Assembly: GCA_032117135.1 (NCBI GenBank) | Contig: JAULZV010000012.1 | Span: 1-39,755, forward strand | DNA length: 39,755 nt | Source of the DNA: Minisyncoccota bacterium | GTDB lineage: Bacteria; Patescibacteriota; Minisyncoccia; Phycocordibacterales; JAACPR01 | Direction of reading: 5' to 3' | In this document: positions 8,587 to 17,853 of the stretch, one piece after another | Position numbering within the stretch: position 1 is the stretch's first letter | How the letters are laid out: every line of letters starts with the position of its first letter | The notes under the pieces: generated by a model | Database searches by the model: none | What the model was told of the DNA's origin: nothing | Seen by the model: the letters and a program-made list of their open reading frames with translations, nothing else | Made by a program: the position numbers and the translations under genes

Positions 8587-9858
8587 ATGCCACAAGTAAA
8601 GCCAGAAGTAGAAAGTTTTGCACGAATCAAAGTCATTGGCGTAGGAGGTTCAGGAGGAAACGCAGTCAATCACATGGTTAACCAAAAGGTTAAAGGTGTT
8701 GACTTTATTGCGGTTAATACCGATGCTCAAGACTTGCACAACTCCCTTGCAAAGAAGCGCATTCATATTGGTAAAAATCTCACAAAAGGTCTTGGTACAG
8801 GCATGAGCCCAGATCTTGGTCGAAAAGCTATCGAAGAAACCAAAGAGGAAGTTCAAGAAGCAGTCAAAGGTTCGGACATGGTGTTTATTTCTTGTGGGCT
8901 TGGAGGAGGAACAGGATCAGGAGCAAGTCCTATTGTTGCCAATATTGCTCGTGAATCTGGAGCACTCACTGTAGCAGTTGTTACCAAACCATTTTTCTTT
9001 GAAGGTCAGCATCGAGCACGAATTGCAAACGAGGCTCTTCAAGCACTTCGAAGTGAAGTAGATGCAATCATTGTTATTCCAAACGACAGACTTCTCAATA
9101 ATATTTCCAAAGAGACGACTGCGCGTAATGCCTTTGCAATGTGTGACGATGTACTCAAACAAGCAGTCGAAGGTCTTTCTGATTTGATTACAACTCCTGG
9201 TATCATTAACGTCGACTTTGCCGATGTGAAAGCAATTCTCAAGGATGCAGGATCTGCTCTTATGGGAATTGGTATTGCAAGTGGTGAGAAGCGAGCCGAA
9301 GAAGCAGCACGGATTGCAATCAACTCTCCCCTTCTTGATGTTTCTATTAATGGTGCAAAAGGTGTACTGTTTTCGATTGCTGGTAACGATGACCTTGGAA
9401 TGTTTGAGATCCAAGACGCCGCTAAAGTCATTACCGAATCAATGGATCCTGATGCTCGAGTTATTTTTGGAACTATCAAAGACGAAAAACTCAACAAAGG
9501 CGAAGTCAAAGTTACGATTATTGCGTCAGGGTTTCCTGACGACCAAAACAATAGCATCATGCGCGCACAACAGACTCCTTCTTTTGCACAGCAACGACCA
9601 GTTGTCGATCAACAAGATGAACAACCTCGCGAAAAGTCAAAGATTTTTAATGTCATTTCTTCACGAGAAAAAGAGTCTGAGCCGCAACCGCAGCCTGTTG
9701 TGCAACACATACAACATCAATCAGAAACTCGGGACACAAGACAACAACATGTTCAAGAAGAAAAACCAAAAGGAAACAAACCCCTTCCTCCACAACAAGA
9801 AGATGAGGATGAGTGGAGTGCAGTGCCTGCTTTTTTGAGAAGGTCTAAGTTGAAATAG
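8587..9858 (+). CDS. ftsZ: cell division protein FtsZ
   Basis: IKVIGVGGSGGNAVN, GGGTGSG tubulin signature, INVDFADV and C-terminal VPAFLRR peptide. Confidence 0.98.
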   Translation: MPQVKPEVESFARIKVIGVGGSGGNAVNHMVNQKVKGVDFIAVNTDAQDLHNSLAKKRIHIGKNLTKGLGTGMSPDLGRKAIEETKEEVQEAVKGSDMVFISCGLGGGTGSGASPIVANIARESGALTVAVVTKPFFFEGQHRARIANEALQALRSEVDAIIVIPNDRLLNNISKETTARNAFAMCDDVLKQAVEGLSDLITTPGIINVDFADVKAILKDAGSALMGIGIASGEKRAEEAARIAINSPLLDVSINGAKGVLFSIAGNDDLGMFEIQDAAKVITESMDPDARVIFGTIKDEKLNKGEVKVTIIASGFPDDQNNSIMRAQQTPSFAQQRPVVDQQDEQPREKSKIFNVISSREKESEPQPQPVVQHIQHQSETRDTRQQHVQEEKPKGNKPLPPQQEDEDEWSAVPAFLRRSKLK

Positions 9859-9866
9859 GCTCGGAG

Positions 9867-9944
9867 GGGGTCAGACACCCTTTTTCTCTAAAATCTATTG
9901 TATAATTACAACACACTTTTTGTCTAAAAAGGGTGTCTGACCCC
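9867..9944. mobile_element. 78-bp MITE/REPIN-like element, copy 2 (core inverted relative to copy 1)
   Basis: Same 19-bp TIRs; the 40-bp core is the exact reverse complement of that at 4451-4490. Confidence 0.8.
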
Positions 9945-9993
9945 TAACTCTCTGATATAATATTTGTATTATCTGTCAGTAACCAAGAAAATC

Positions 9994-10920
9994 ATGTACG
10001 AACTTGCAATCATCGGTGGAGGTCCAGCAGGAGTAGCCGCAGGAGTGTATGCTTCACGCAAAAAAATCAAAACTGTTTTTATTACCAAAAATTTCGAAAG
10101 CCAGAGTAGTGTGTCAGACAGTATCGAAAATTGGATTGGAACCGTTTCAATCTCAGGAATGGATTTGGCTAAATCCCTTGAAACTCATCTCAAAGCCTAT
10201 GCGGATGATGTTATCGATATCAAGACAGGAGTATATGTCACCAAACTAGCCAAAATTGACAGTGGTTTTGAAGTAACCTACGACAATGCTGAATCAATCC
10301 AAACAAAGACTGTCCTTATTGCCACAGGAAGCCACAGACGCAAACTTACCGTTCCTGGAGCAGATATATTTGAACACAAAGGCGTTACCTATTGCGCGAC
10401 ATGTGATGGTCCAATGTTCACAAGCAAAGATGTTGTCGTGATTGGAGGAGGTAATGCAGGGTTCGAAAGTGCTGCTCAACTTTTGGCATATACAAAGTCA
10501 GTGACACTTCTTCATAAAAATGTAGACTATAAAGCTGACCCTGTCACTATAGAAGCAGTTCTCAAGGATCCTAAAATGACAGCAATTCCAAATGTCGACA
10601 TTATGGAAGTGATTGGCGAAAAATTTGTTTCAGCAATCAAATACAAAAACAATATGACTGACGAAGAAATCATACTTCCGACACAGGGAATTTTTGTTGA
10701 AATTGGTGCAGTGCCAACTACTGAATATGCCAAGGATGTCGTAAAGCTAGATGACTACAATCGAGTAGTGATTGACCCATGGACTCACAGAACCTCTCAG
10801 GAGGGCGTATGGGCTGCAGGAGACTGCACAAATGGTGTCTACCATCAGAACAACATCGCGGCAGGAGATGCGGTCAAAGCACTTGAGGATATCTATATTC
10901 ATTTACAAAGAAATAAGTAA
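9994..10920 (+). CDS. trxB: thioredoxin reductase / AhpF C-terminal-like FAD-dependent oxidoreductase
   Basis: IIGGGPAG, KGVTYCATCDG (CxxC), VIGGGNAG and GVWAAGD motifs. Confidence 0.88.
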   Translation: MYELAIIGGGPAGVAAGVYASRKKIKTVFITKNFESQSSVSDSIENWIGTVSISGMDLAKSLETHLKAYADDVIDIKTGVYVTKLAKIDSGFEVTYDNAESIQTKTVLIATGSHRRKLTVPGADIFEHKGVTYCATCDGPMFTSKDVVVIGGGNAGFESAAQLLAYTKSVTLLHKNVDYKADPVTIEAVLKDPKMTAIPNVDIMEVIGEKFVSAIKYKNNMTDEEIILPTQGIFVEIGAVPTTEYAKDVVKLDDYNRVVIDPWTHRTSQEGVWAAGDCTNGVYHQNNIAAGDAVKALEDIYIHLQRNK

Positions 10921-10932
10921 TATACTAGAGCT

Positions 10933-11331
10933 ATGCAAAATTTAAGTTATCGCCTTGCGCATGTTTCACTTTTTATTGTATTTTTTTGGTTTGGTTCGCT
11001 TAAGTTGTTTGGTGTCTCCCCTGCCAATGACCTGGTAAGAAGTTTGCTTGAAATTATTCCTGTGATGAACTTGTGGCCGTTTGAGTCATTCATTATTGTT
11101 CTTGGACTCGTTGAAATGCTTATCGGCGTACTATTCTTGTTCTCCAAGACAACACGGTTGGCAATTATCATCCTGATCCCCCACATGATTACAACCATGC
11201 TTCCATTGATATTTTTGCCTGCTATGGCATGGCAAGCACCACTTGTCCCAACACTTGCAGGACAATACATCATCAAAAATATTGTGGTTGTAGCACTTGC
11301 ACTGAGTGTCGTGTTAGAAAAACGAAAATAA
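10933..11331 (+). CDS. DoxX-family membrane protein
   Basis: FFWFGSLK, GLVEMLIG and GQYIIKNIV pattern; several TM segments. Confidence 0.8.
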   Translation: MQNLSYRLAHVSLFIVFFWFGSLKLFGVSPANDLVRSLLEIIPVMNLWPFESFIIVLGLVEMLIGVLFLFSKTTRLAIIILIPHMITTMLPLIFLPAMAWQAPLVPTLAGQYIIKNIVVVALALSVVLEKRK

Positions 11332-11437
11332 AGAAAGGTCCACAGGTTTTCGAAATTCATTTCGACACCGCCTCATCTTGCAATACTTTTATTTTTGCTT
11401 AACTGCATCGTATATAGACAATAAAAACATATTACTC

Positions 11438-12016
11438 ATGAAAAAAATAATTCTATTCATTGTATTTACTGCATTCATCACGCTTAGTTATGTCGTATCG
11501 CTTCGGTTGTGGGATTCTGTTTACTCTGAGCAATCTCTTCCTATTCTCAAAACCTCTCACAAGAGCACAGGATCAAGCACAACACCAATCGTCACAGACA
11601 CTCTTCCATCGCAACCTGGACAGACAGAGAATAAACCAGTCTCTCCATCAGTTCCAGATCAGACTTCTCCGTCTCTTCCTCCTCCACTCACCCTTTCTGG
11701 ATCAACATTTAAAGCAATTTCATTTAACAAAACCCCGATTATATCGACACCTTATCCAACACTTTCATTTAATACTGATGGTACGCTGAGTGCGCGATTT
11801 TGTAATTCTATTGGAGGTGAATATACTGATACGTATGGTATCTTGACTGCTCCACACCTCATACAGACGCTTATGTATTGCATTCAACCAGATAATCTCA
11901 TGGATATGGAGACATCTTTTGTTACACTGCTCCAAAATGGAGCATCTTATGAACGAAATGGGAATATCTTAACGATTCAAAAAAATAATATTGAATTAGT
12001 ATTTGAAAGCATATAG
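11438..12016 (+). CDS. META (HslJ-like) domain exported protein
   Basis: N-terminal signal/TM, Pro/Ser/Thr-rich linker, then TLSF..G..CNSIGGEY...TLMYC..ME..F..L. Confidence 0.75.
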   Translation: MKKIILFIVFTAFITLSYVVSLRLWDSVYSEQSLPILKTSHKSTGSSTTPIVTDTLPSQPGQTENKPVSPSVPDQTSPSLPPPLTLSGSTFKAISFNKTPIISTPYPTLSFNTDGTLSARFCNSIGGEYTDTYGILTAPHLIQTLMYCIQPDNLMDMETSFVTLLQNGASYERNGNILTIQKNNIELVFESI

Positions 12017-12072
12017 CATTTAAAAATATTTTGAAAATATGCAGAGTGATTTTATTTTCAAGAAAGATTTTT

Positions 12073-12282
12073 ATGAAATTCTTCTTCAAAAAAGATACTG
12101 AAAATAATGAAAGTATTTTACATCAGTTCATTTACACTATCTTCCCTATTGATATTTTTATTGTAAAAGATTGGGTTTGGTTTATTATTCTCTTATTTAT
12201 TCTCTTAGCTAATATCATTTCACTTGGAATAGCTTACTATACAACAACAAAATTTAACCTGATCAGAAAAGGTCTCAGATAA
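12073..12282 (+). CDS. small hypothetical membrane protein
   Basis: AT-rich ORF with one hydrophobic stretch. Confidence 0.4.
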   Translation: MKFFFKKDTENNESILHQFIYTIFPIDIFIVKDWVWFIILLFILLANIISLGIAYYTTTKFNLIRKGLR

Positions 12283-12468
12283 AAATTAAAGATTGAGAAA
12301 TATTAAAAAGAAGGGTGTTATATTTTATATTCTTTTAATATTTTCAACTTTAGTAAGAAATTATTTCTGTATAGCAGAGAATTCCTGTACAATTTTTGGT
12401 ATATATTTGCCTATCAGCATTAGTCACCTCTCCTTCACTTGCAGTACTAAACGATACACTACTTCAAG

Positions 12469-13920
12469 CTAAAACGAACTCATCCCTGTTTTTTCCATAA
12501 TTCGGTATTGTAGATATTTTATCCATGACTCATCCTTATAAGCTTCGTACTCGAGGCTGTACGTGCCGTTTTCATTTTTCCATATGGTGTCGAAGTACTT
12601 TTTAGCATCTCGTATTGCTTGAACTGATTCTCCAGAAACTTTAATGTTTGTCTCTAAGTTATAGTCGTGAATGTTTCTTTTTGTAAAATTAGCAGATCCT
12701 ACAAACATTTCTTCAATATCACCTCTCCCAACTATTAGAATTTTACTGTGACATTGTTCGCCATAAGTACTGCACCATTTGAGCTTGAGATCAGGGTCGA
12801 ACTTTTTGAGTTCTCGAGCAACTGCCACGTTCGGTACACCGTTTTTCTCCCTCCCAAAGGCATCTTTATTTGGATCAAGTATTATTTGAATATCAACACC
12901 TCTCGACTGCGCATCCTTGAGGGATTTGACTATTTCTCTATCAGAAAAATAAAACATCAAGAGCTTGATATAATCTCCTGAAGTTGTTTGGTCTATTGAA
13001 TGAGTAACCGCGTTCTTGATTTTCATTTCGGTCAAAAGTTGCACCGACACCTCACCTTCCTCATCCATATATGCACCATAGTCCACTGACACATCCTCAC
13101 CTCCTGAATAATTCATTACTGCGAACTCACTTTCCAAAACATCCTTCCAGATATGATCATCGACTCTGAGTGCAACATTACTGTGTGCACTTGAGCCATC
13201 ATGTGGGTTTGCAGAAGTTACAAGTGAAGACATTTTGAGTATTGTATTACCCCCTGAGTCTTGAGACACATAGTCCGCAACGATAACCTTTCGATGGTTT
13301 GCCTTGAAGTTTAAAAGGGTGAGATATGTTTTGAGGCTCACTTTTTGACCACCTGCAACAAAAGGGTTTGGTAGTTTTATAAAATCGACAGGCAGAAACT
13401 GCAAAAATGATCTCCACATGCTTGAGTACAGAGGATTACTATCTCTCAACTTATATAGATTGGTCTCGACCACATTAACGCCGGCCGAGGTCAGGCTACT
13501 GAGGTGTGGAGATTCAATCGCACCATACACACCATTAAATGGGTCAGTTATAAAAATAATATTGATATCTGGGTCTTCTTCTTTTTTGGCGATTAACTTC
13601 TGGGTCAATTCACCTGAAAGTTCACGATAAGCAGTATCCTCTTTACCCTTAAAATCATTAAAAAGAAACATGTCTACCAAAATAAAATTCTCAGCGTTTT
13701 CTATCATTGAAAATACCTCATCAAATATTTCTTGGTTTGAAACTCTTTCGTTGTTCGAGTCAACATATGTCAGATCCGAAAAGAAAACCACCGAACTGTT
13801 TGGAACAGAAAAAACCTCTCCGTCAACAGAGAGACCGTCTGGTAATGGTTTATACACATTAAACAGTCCAACCAAGACAATGATACAAACTAGTCCAAGA
13901 GCAATTTTTTTCTTCATCAT
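12469..13920 (-). CDS. phospholipase D family protein
   Basis: Two HxK motifs (NHRKVIVAD...TSAN; CHSKILIVG...GSANFTKRN) and an N-terminal membrane anchor. Confidence 0.9.
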   Translation of the reverse strand: MMKKKIALGLVCIIVLVGLFNVYKPLPDGLSVDGEVFSVPNSSVVFFSDLTYVDSNNERVSNQEIFDEVFSMIENAENFILVDMFLFNDFKGKEDTAYRELSGELTQKLIAKKEEDPDINIIFITDPFNGVYGAIESPHLSSLTSAGVNVVETNLYKLRDSNPLYSSMWRSFLQFLPVDFIKLPNPFVAGGQKVSLKTYLTLLNFKANHRKVIVADYVSQDSGGNTILKMSSLVTSANPHDGSSAHSNVALRVDDHIWKDVLESEFAVMNYSGGEDVSVDYGAYMDEEGEVSVQLLTEMKIKNAVTHSIDQTTSGDYIKLLMFYFSDREIVKSLKDAQSRGVDIQIILDPNKDAFGREKNGVPNVAVARELKKFDPDLKLKWCSTYGEQCHSKILIVGRGDIEEMFVGSANFTKRNIHDYNLETNIKVSGESVQAIRDAKKYFDTIWKNENGTYSLEYEAYKDESWIKYLQYRIMEKTGMSSF

Positions 13921-14081
13921 AAAATTATAACTCAGATGAGACGAAAGTGGCAGTTTTTTTCAGTAATTTTAAGTATATAAAAAGGAAAGACTGAGGCACG
14001 GGTTGAACGTATATCTCAGTCTCTTTTAGTGAAGTACTTCACCACTCCTACAAATTATTTAGCATTGTCTCGTGGATGCAA

Positions 14082-14519
14082 TTAATTTTCTAATCCTTCT
14101 CGAATAATCCTTGAGACTTCTAAAAGTTCATTTTCAGGAGAATCTTCACGACTACCGGGACGATATAAGAATTTACGTGGTTCATACTCAGTGACACCAG
14201 TATCCCCTTCTTTGCGCGGTAAAACATGCAGATGAAAATGTGGAACAGATTGACCGGCAATCTTTCCTTCATTCCATGCAAAATTAAAGCTTATCGCACC
14301 AAATTGTTTGCGTAGTGCACCACAAATACGAATTCTCAAATCCTCAATAGAATGTTTTTCTTCTACCGTTAGTTCATCGTATCGAGAGACGCAACGTCGC
14401 GGAACAATCAATGTGTGTCCTGGCGTAATTGGAATATTAGTAGGAAATGCCCATGCAAAAGCATTGCCTGTGATTTCACGCTTCTTGATAACTTCGAGTT
14501 CGCAATATACGCAATTCAT
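14082..14519 (-). CDS. HIT family hydrolase
   Basis: CVYC, PITPGHTLIVP and AGQSVPHFHLHVLPR (HxHxH). Confidence 0.93.
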   Translation of the reverse strand: MNCVYCELEVIKKREITGNAFAWAFPTNIPITPGHTLIVPRRCVSRYDELTVEEKHSIEDLRIRICGALRKQFGAISFNFAWNEGKIAGQSVPHFHLHVLPRKEGDTGVTEYEPRKFLYRPGSREDSPENELLEVSRIIREGLEN

Positions 14520-14557
14520 TTTATTTTTCTAATTTTAATTTACTTCCTTGTTATTAA

Positions 14558-15058
14558 CTAAACAAATATAAGCCGAGATAATTCCTCCCAATCCACAGAT
14601 TCAAAGGTTTTATCTAAATCTACTTGAACTTTTTCTTTATCTATTTTTTCAGAACCTTGCCGCAGGAATGTATATGTTGCTTCTGGCACAAAGTGTCGTT
14701 CAATAATCCTGGGATGGTCGATAATAAAAAGTCGGTATGAAGATTTATTTTCTCTTAACCGAAAGGATAAAAAACCAGCGCGAGTAAGCAAATAAACTTT
14801 TCTCCCCTTTTTTTGGCTAAAAATTGCAAGTCTATTGATAAGGTCCAAATCTAAAGAAAAATCTTCATATCTATCGACAGCTCTATCAAAGACAAGAACA
14901 ACTTCGGCGTCATACACCTCTGACCAATGTAGATTATCAATATGCAAGAATTGACAAGAAGCTAAAACGGGAGCATGTTTCTTGATTGCATCAAACTCGT
15001 GCTCATATATCCCACCCATATTAGAGTTTCCTGACGAAGAGCAGATTAATATGTTCAT
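14558..15058 (-). CDS. hypothetical protein
   Basis: 166-aa ORF with AGAAAGGT RBS-like sequence upstream; no family recognised. Confidence 0.6.
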   Translation of the reverse strand: MNILICSSSGNSNMGGIYEHEFDAIKKHAPVLASCQFLHIDNLHWSEVYDAEVVLVFDRAVDRYEDFSLDLDLINRLAIFSQKKGRKVYLLTRAGFLSFRLRENKSSYRLFIIDHPRIIERHFVPEATYTFLRQGSEKIDKEKVQVDLDKTFESVDWEELSRLIFV

Positions 15059-15175
15059 TAATTACCTTTCTATTTTGATTGTTTGATTTTGTTTAAAGAC
15101 CTAATTTGTATTCTATCTAAATATAGTAAATTCAAAAATATAAAAAAGAGAGGACATCCTCGGTAAAATAATTAT

Positions 15176-15895
15176 TTAAAAATTACCGACTTGTGTATCT
15201 TCTTCGTAAAAAAATGGCATTTTTGAGATAGTACCTTTTTTAATCGATCGTAAAACTTTTGGAAGTGAAGAAATGGAATCGAACTTTGCAGATTCATTTT
15301 TGATAGCATCATCAATACTTACCCACATGTTTTCTCCATACTCAGTGTTACAAAGAGTTCCTGAAAATTTTTTAGCATACATAATCGGAAAAAATACATC
15401 CGAAAAAAGTTCATTCCCAACAAATAAAAAACGTCTCATCATTCCTGTAATTTTAAATTCTGCATCTAATCCTGTCTCTGCTTTAAGTTTTCGAGACGCT
15501 GCATCTTCCATTGATTCTCCTTTGCGAAGAACACCGCCAGGCACTCCTTTTTTACCATAAGAAGGATGAGACTTTCGTACTTGATTCAATATCTGAATTT
15601 TACCTTTTTCTGTGCGGGACAAAATCATAATCGGATTAACCTTGAATAAGATCTGACTAGCCTTAGAATTTAGAGATTGTACATCTGCTACATATTGAAC
15701 GCCTGTTTTTGAAAGAGAATATCCCTTGGTTGTTTTATTTAGAAAGCCTTTTTTAACTAAAAACTGAAGATGATAATTAAAAAGATCGTTAGGAATATTT
15801 TTGAGTTGCAGTTCACTATATTTCAAAATATCGGCGTTCTTTAGACGACTTATGATTTGATTTTGTATTTCTGATTTTATCTCAGATATTGCCAT
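15176..15895 (-). CDS. winged-HTH plus Nudix-like domain protein
   Basis: N-terminal LKYSEL...FNYHLQFLVKKGFL..GYSLSKTG wHTH; C-terminal PGGVLRKGESMEDAASRKLKAETGL Nudix-like box. Confidence 0.8.
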   Translation of the reverse strand: MAISEIKSEIQNQIISRLKNADILKYSELQLKNIPNDLFNYHLQFLVKKGFLNKTTKGYSLSKTGVQYVADVQSLNSKASQILFKVNPIMILSRTEKGKIQILNQVRKSHPSYGKKGVPGGVLRKGESMEDAASRKLKAETGLDAEFKITGMMRRFLFVGNELFSDVFFPIMYAKKFSGTLCNTEYGENMWVSIDDAIKNESAKFDSISSLPKVLRSIKKGTISKMPFFYEEDTQVGNF

Positions 15896-15968
15896 GATTG
15901 AAAATTACAACACTATGAGTTTTATTACAAGTTCAATCATTCTCGAGTGCTCGAACTAGCTCTCTCTT

Positions 15969-16043
15969 TGGTGACCCCACGGAGAATCGAACTCCGATTA
16001 CCGCCTTGAAAAGGCGATGTCCTAACCGTTAGACGATGGGGCC
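15969..16043 (-). tRNA. tRNA-Glu (TTC)
   Basis: Reverse complement GGCCCCATCGTCTAACGGTTAGGACATCGCCTTTTCAAGGCGGTAATCGGAGTTCGATTCTCCGTGGGGTCACCA; cloverleaf with encoded CCA. Confidence 0.97.
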
Positions 16044-16175
16044 ATACGAGATCCTCCGACACTAAGAAGGAAAATCAAGTGACACTATAATAGCAACTTT
16101 CTCAAAAAAATCAAAGGGTCTGCAGTCATTCGTCATAGACTGTAAAATCCTTGATTTTGTGCTACTATCCCCTAT

Positions 16176-17393
16176 ATGAAAATCCTAGCAATCGAGACCT
16201 CCTGCGACGAGACCGCACTTGCCCTCGTAGACGTAGATATATCAAGCGATCATGTGAGTGCAAACCTCATCCAAAGCGAGATATTTTCTCAAATCGACAT
16301 CCACAAAGAGTTTGGAGGGGTATTTCCTGCTGTTGCCAAACGAGAACACGCACGCCATGCTCCCCTCCTTCTCAAAAAGATGCTCGCTTCACGTGACATC
16401 ACCTCAATAAAAGACCCAAAGACTACAGACACCACGAATCAAGACACTCCAAATACGATAGACACCCCAACACAAACAGATCCATACCTTTGGGCAACAC
16501 TTGAAGAATTGCTCGTGCGCGAACCAGGTCTCTTTGAAGCAACCAAAGATATTCTGCTCACCTATCGCAAACCAGATATTGATCGTATTGCTGTCACTGC
16601 TGGTCCAGGACTTGAACCAGCATTATGGGTAGGAATTAATTTTGCCAAAGCCTTGTCATTGTTTTGGAACATACCACTGATAGCGACTAACCACATGAAG
16701 GGACATATTTTTGCAGTCCTTCTTAATAAACAGAAAATTGAGTTCCCTGCTCTCGCGTTCTTGATGTCAGGAGGACATACCGAACTTGTTCGAATGAACT
16801 CTTTGCATCATTTTGAAATACTTGGCAAAACCAAAGATGACGCAATCGGCGAATCATATGACAAAGTTGCCCGCATGCTTGGATTTGAATATCCAGGTGG
16901 TCCCAAAATTGCGCAGCTGGCGCAGGAGGCGCGCACCGCAGGTGCACGCAGTGGAGATATTATTTTGCCACGACCCATGATCCATACTCAGGATCTTGAT
17001 TTTTCTTTTTCAGGTCTCAAGACATCTGTTCTCTACAAAATACGTGACCTCACTCAGTCAGGCGCTACGCCGCTTTCAGAAGAACTCAAACTCAATATTG
17101 CACACGAATTCGAAGAAGCAGTGACCGACATCATCCTACACAAAATAACACGAGCTCTCCAAACCTTCCCTGCTCGCACCCTCGTAATCTCAGGAGGAGT
17201 AATTGCTAATACCTATTTGCGTTCACGCATCACCGAGCGTGCGGAGCAACTCGGTATCACCCTCCTCTTGCCCAAAATAGAAGACTCGACCGACAACGCA
17301 CAGATGATCGCAGTGGCAGGAGCGATCGAGTCGCTCAATACCTCTATGACCGAAACTTCTGAGATACGAGCCTCTGGAAATCTTTCCTACTAG
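16176..17393 (+). CDS. tsaD: tRNA N6-threonylcarbamoyladenosine transferase TsaD
   Basis: ILAIETSCDET, GGVFP.VAKREH, GPGL, NHMKGH, SGGHT, DDAIGESYDK, FSFSGLKT and TDNAQMIA motifs. Confidence 0.96.
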   Translation: MKILAIETSCDETALALVDVDISSDHVSANLIQSEIFSQIDIHKEFGGVFPAVAKREHARHAPLLLKKMLASRDITSIKDPKTTDTTNQDTPNTIDTPTQTDPYLWATLEELLVREPGLFEATKDILLTYRKPDIDRIAVTAGPGLEPALWVGINFAKALSLFWNIPLIATNHMKGHIFAVLLNKQKIEFPALAFLMSGGHTELVRMNSLHHFEILGKTKDDAIGESYDKVARMLGFEYPGGPKIAQLAQEARTAGARSGDIILPRPMIHTQDLDFSFSGLKTSVLYKIRDLTQSGATPLSEELKLNIAHEFEEAVTDIILHKITRALQTFPARTLVISGGVIANTYLRSRITERAEQLGITLLLPKIEDSTDNAQMIAVAGAIESLNTSMTETSEIRASGNLSY

Positions 17394-17777
17394 ATACCCT
17401 TTTTCTTTAAAATACTGCAAATATGCCAGTGAATTATGCATATGTTGTTGCCACTCGAGCTAGGTAATCGCACGTTTTGTATTTGTGCGTTTCAAGGGTT
17501 AATTCAGCAGATATGCTTGACTTTTTTTTAAATTTTTCCAAAATAGAAGCAAGTGTACCTCAACGACAGGCTGATTGGATATCTCATAGCAGCCAACCAA
17601 AGAGATATCTTTTTCAGACCAGCATGTGCACAGTATGATGGAGTCCTCTAGTCCTCCAGCTAGCCATCTGCATGATTCACATGCTCAGCTCGCAGGTGTC
17701 TACTACCTGCCAGCACCCTGTCACGAGTGGCGAGGACGTTACCGCTCCCTCGATCTCGTCCCCGCCTCCTGGCACCC

Positions 17778-17816
17778 AAAGTGCGCATCCGTTCCGGATG
17801 CGCACTTTATTCTTTT
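17778..17816 (+). terminator. intrinsic terminator-like hairpin upstream of valS
   Basis: 14-bp perfect stem AAAGTGCGCATCCG-ttc-CGGATGCGCACTTT followed by ATTCTTTT. Confidence 0.7.
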
Positions 17817-17853
17817 ATGGAAATATCTCTCACACTTTGATACTATGAGCCCT

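Noticed and set aside
4432-9944. CRISPR array from the repeated 78-bp sequence
   Set aside because: Two dispersed copies with identical cores and no repeat-spacer periodicity; no array seen anywhere in the window.
17540-17816. T-box riboswitch for valS
   Set aside because: No GGTGGNACCGCG T-box consensus found.
17626-17853. 76-aa N-terminal extension of ValRS
   Set aside because: It crosses a terminator hairpin and has no synthetase similarity; a -10 box sits right before ATG 17854.
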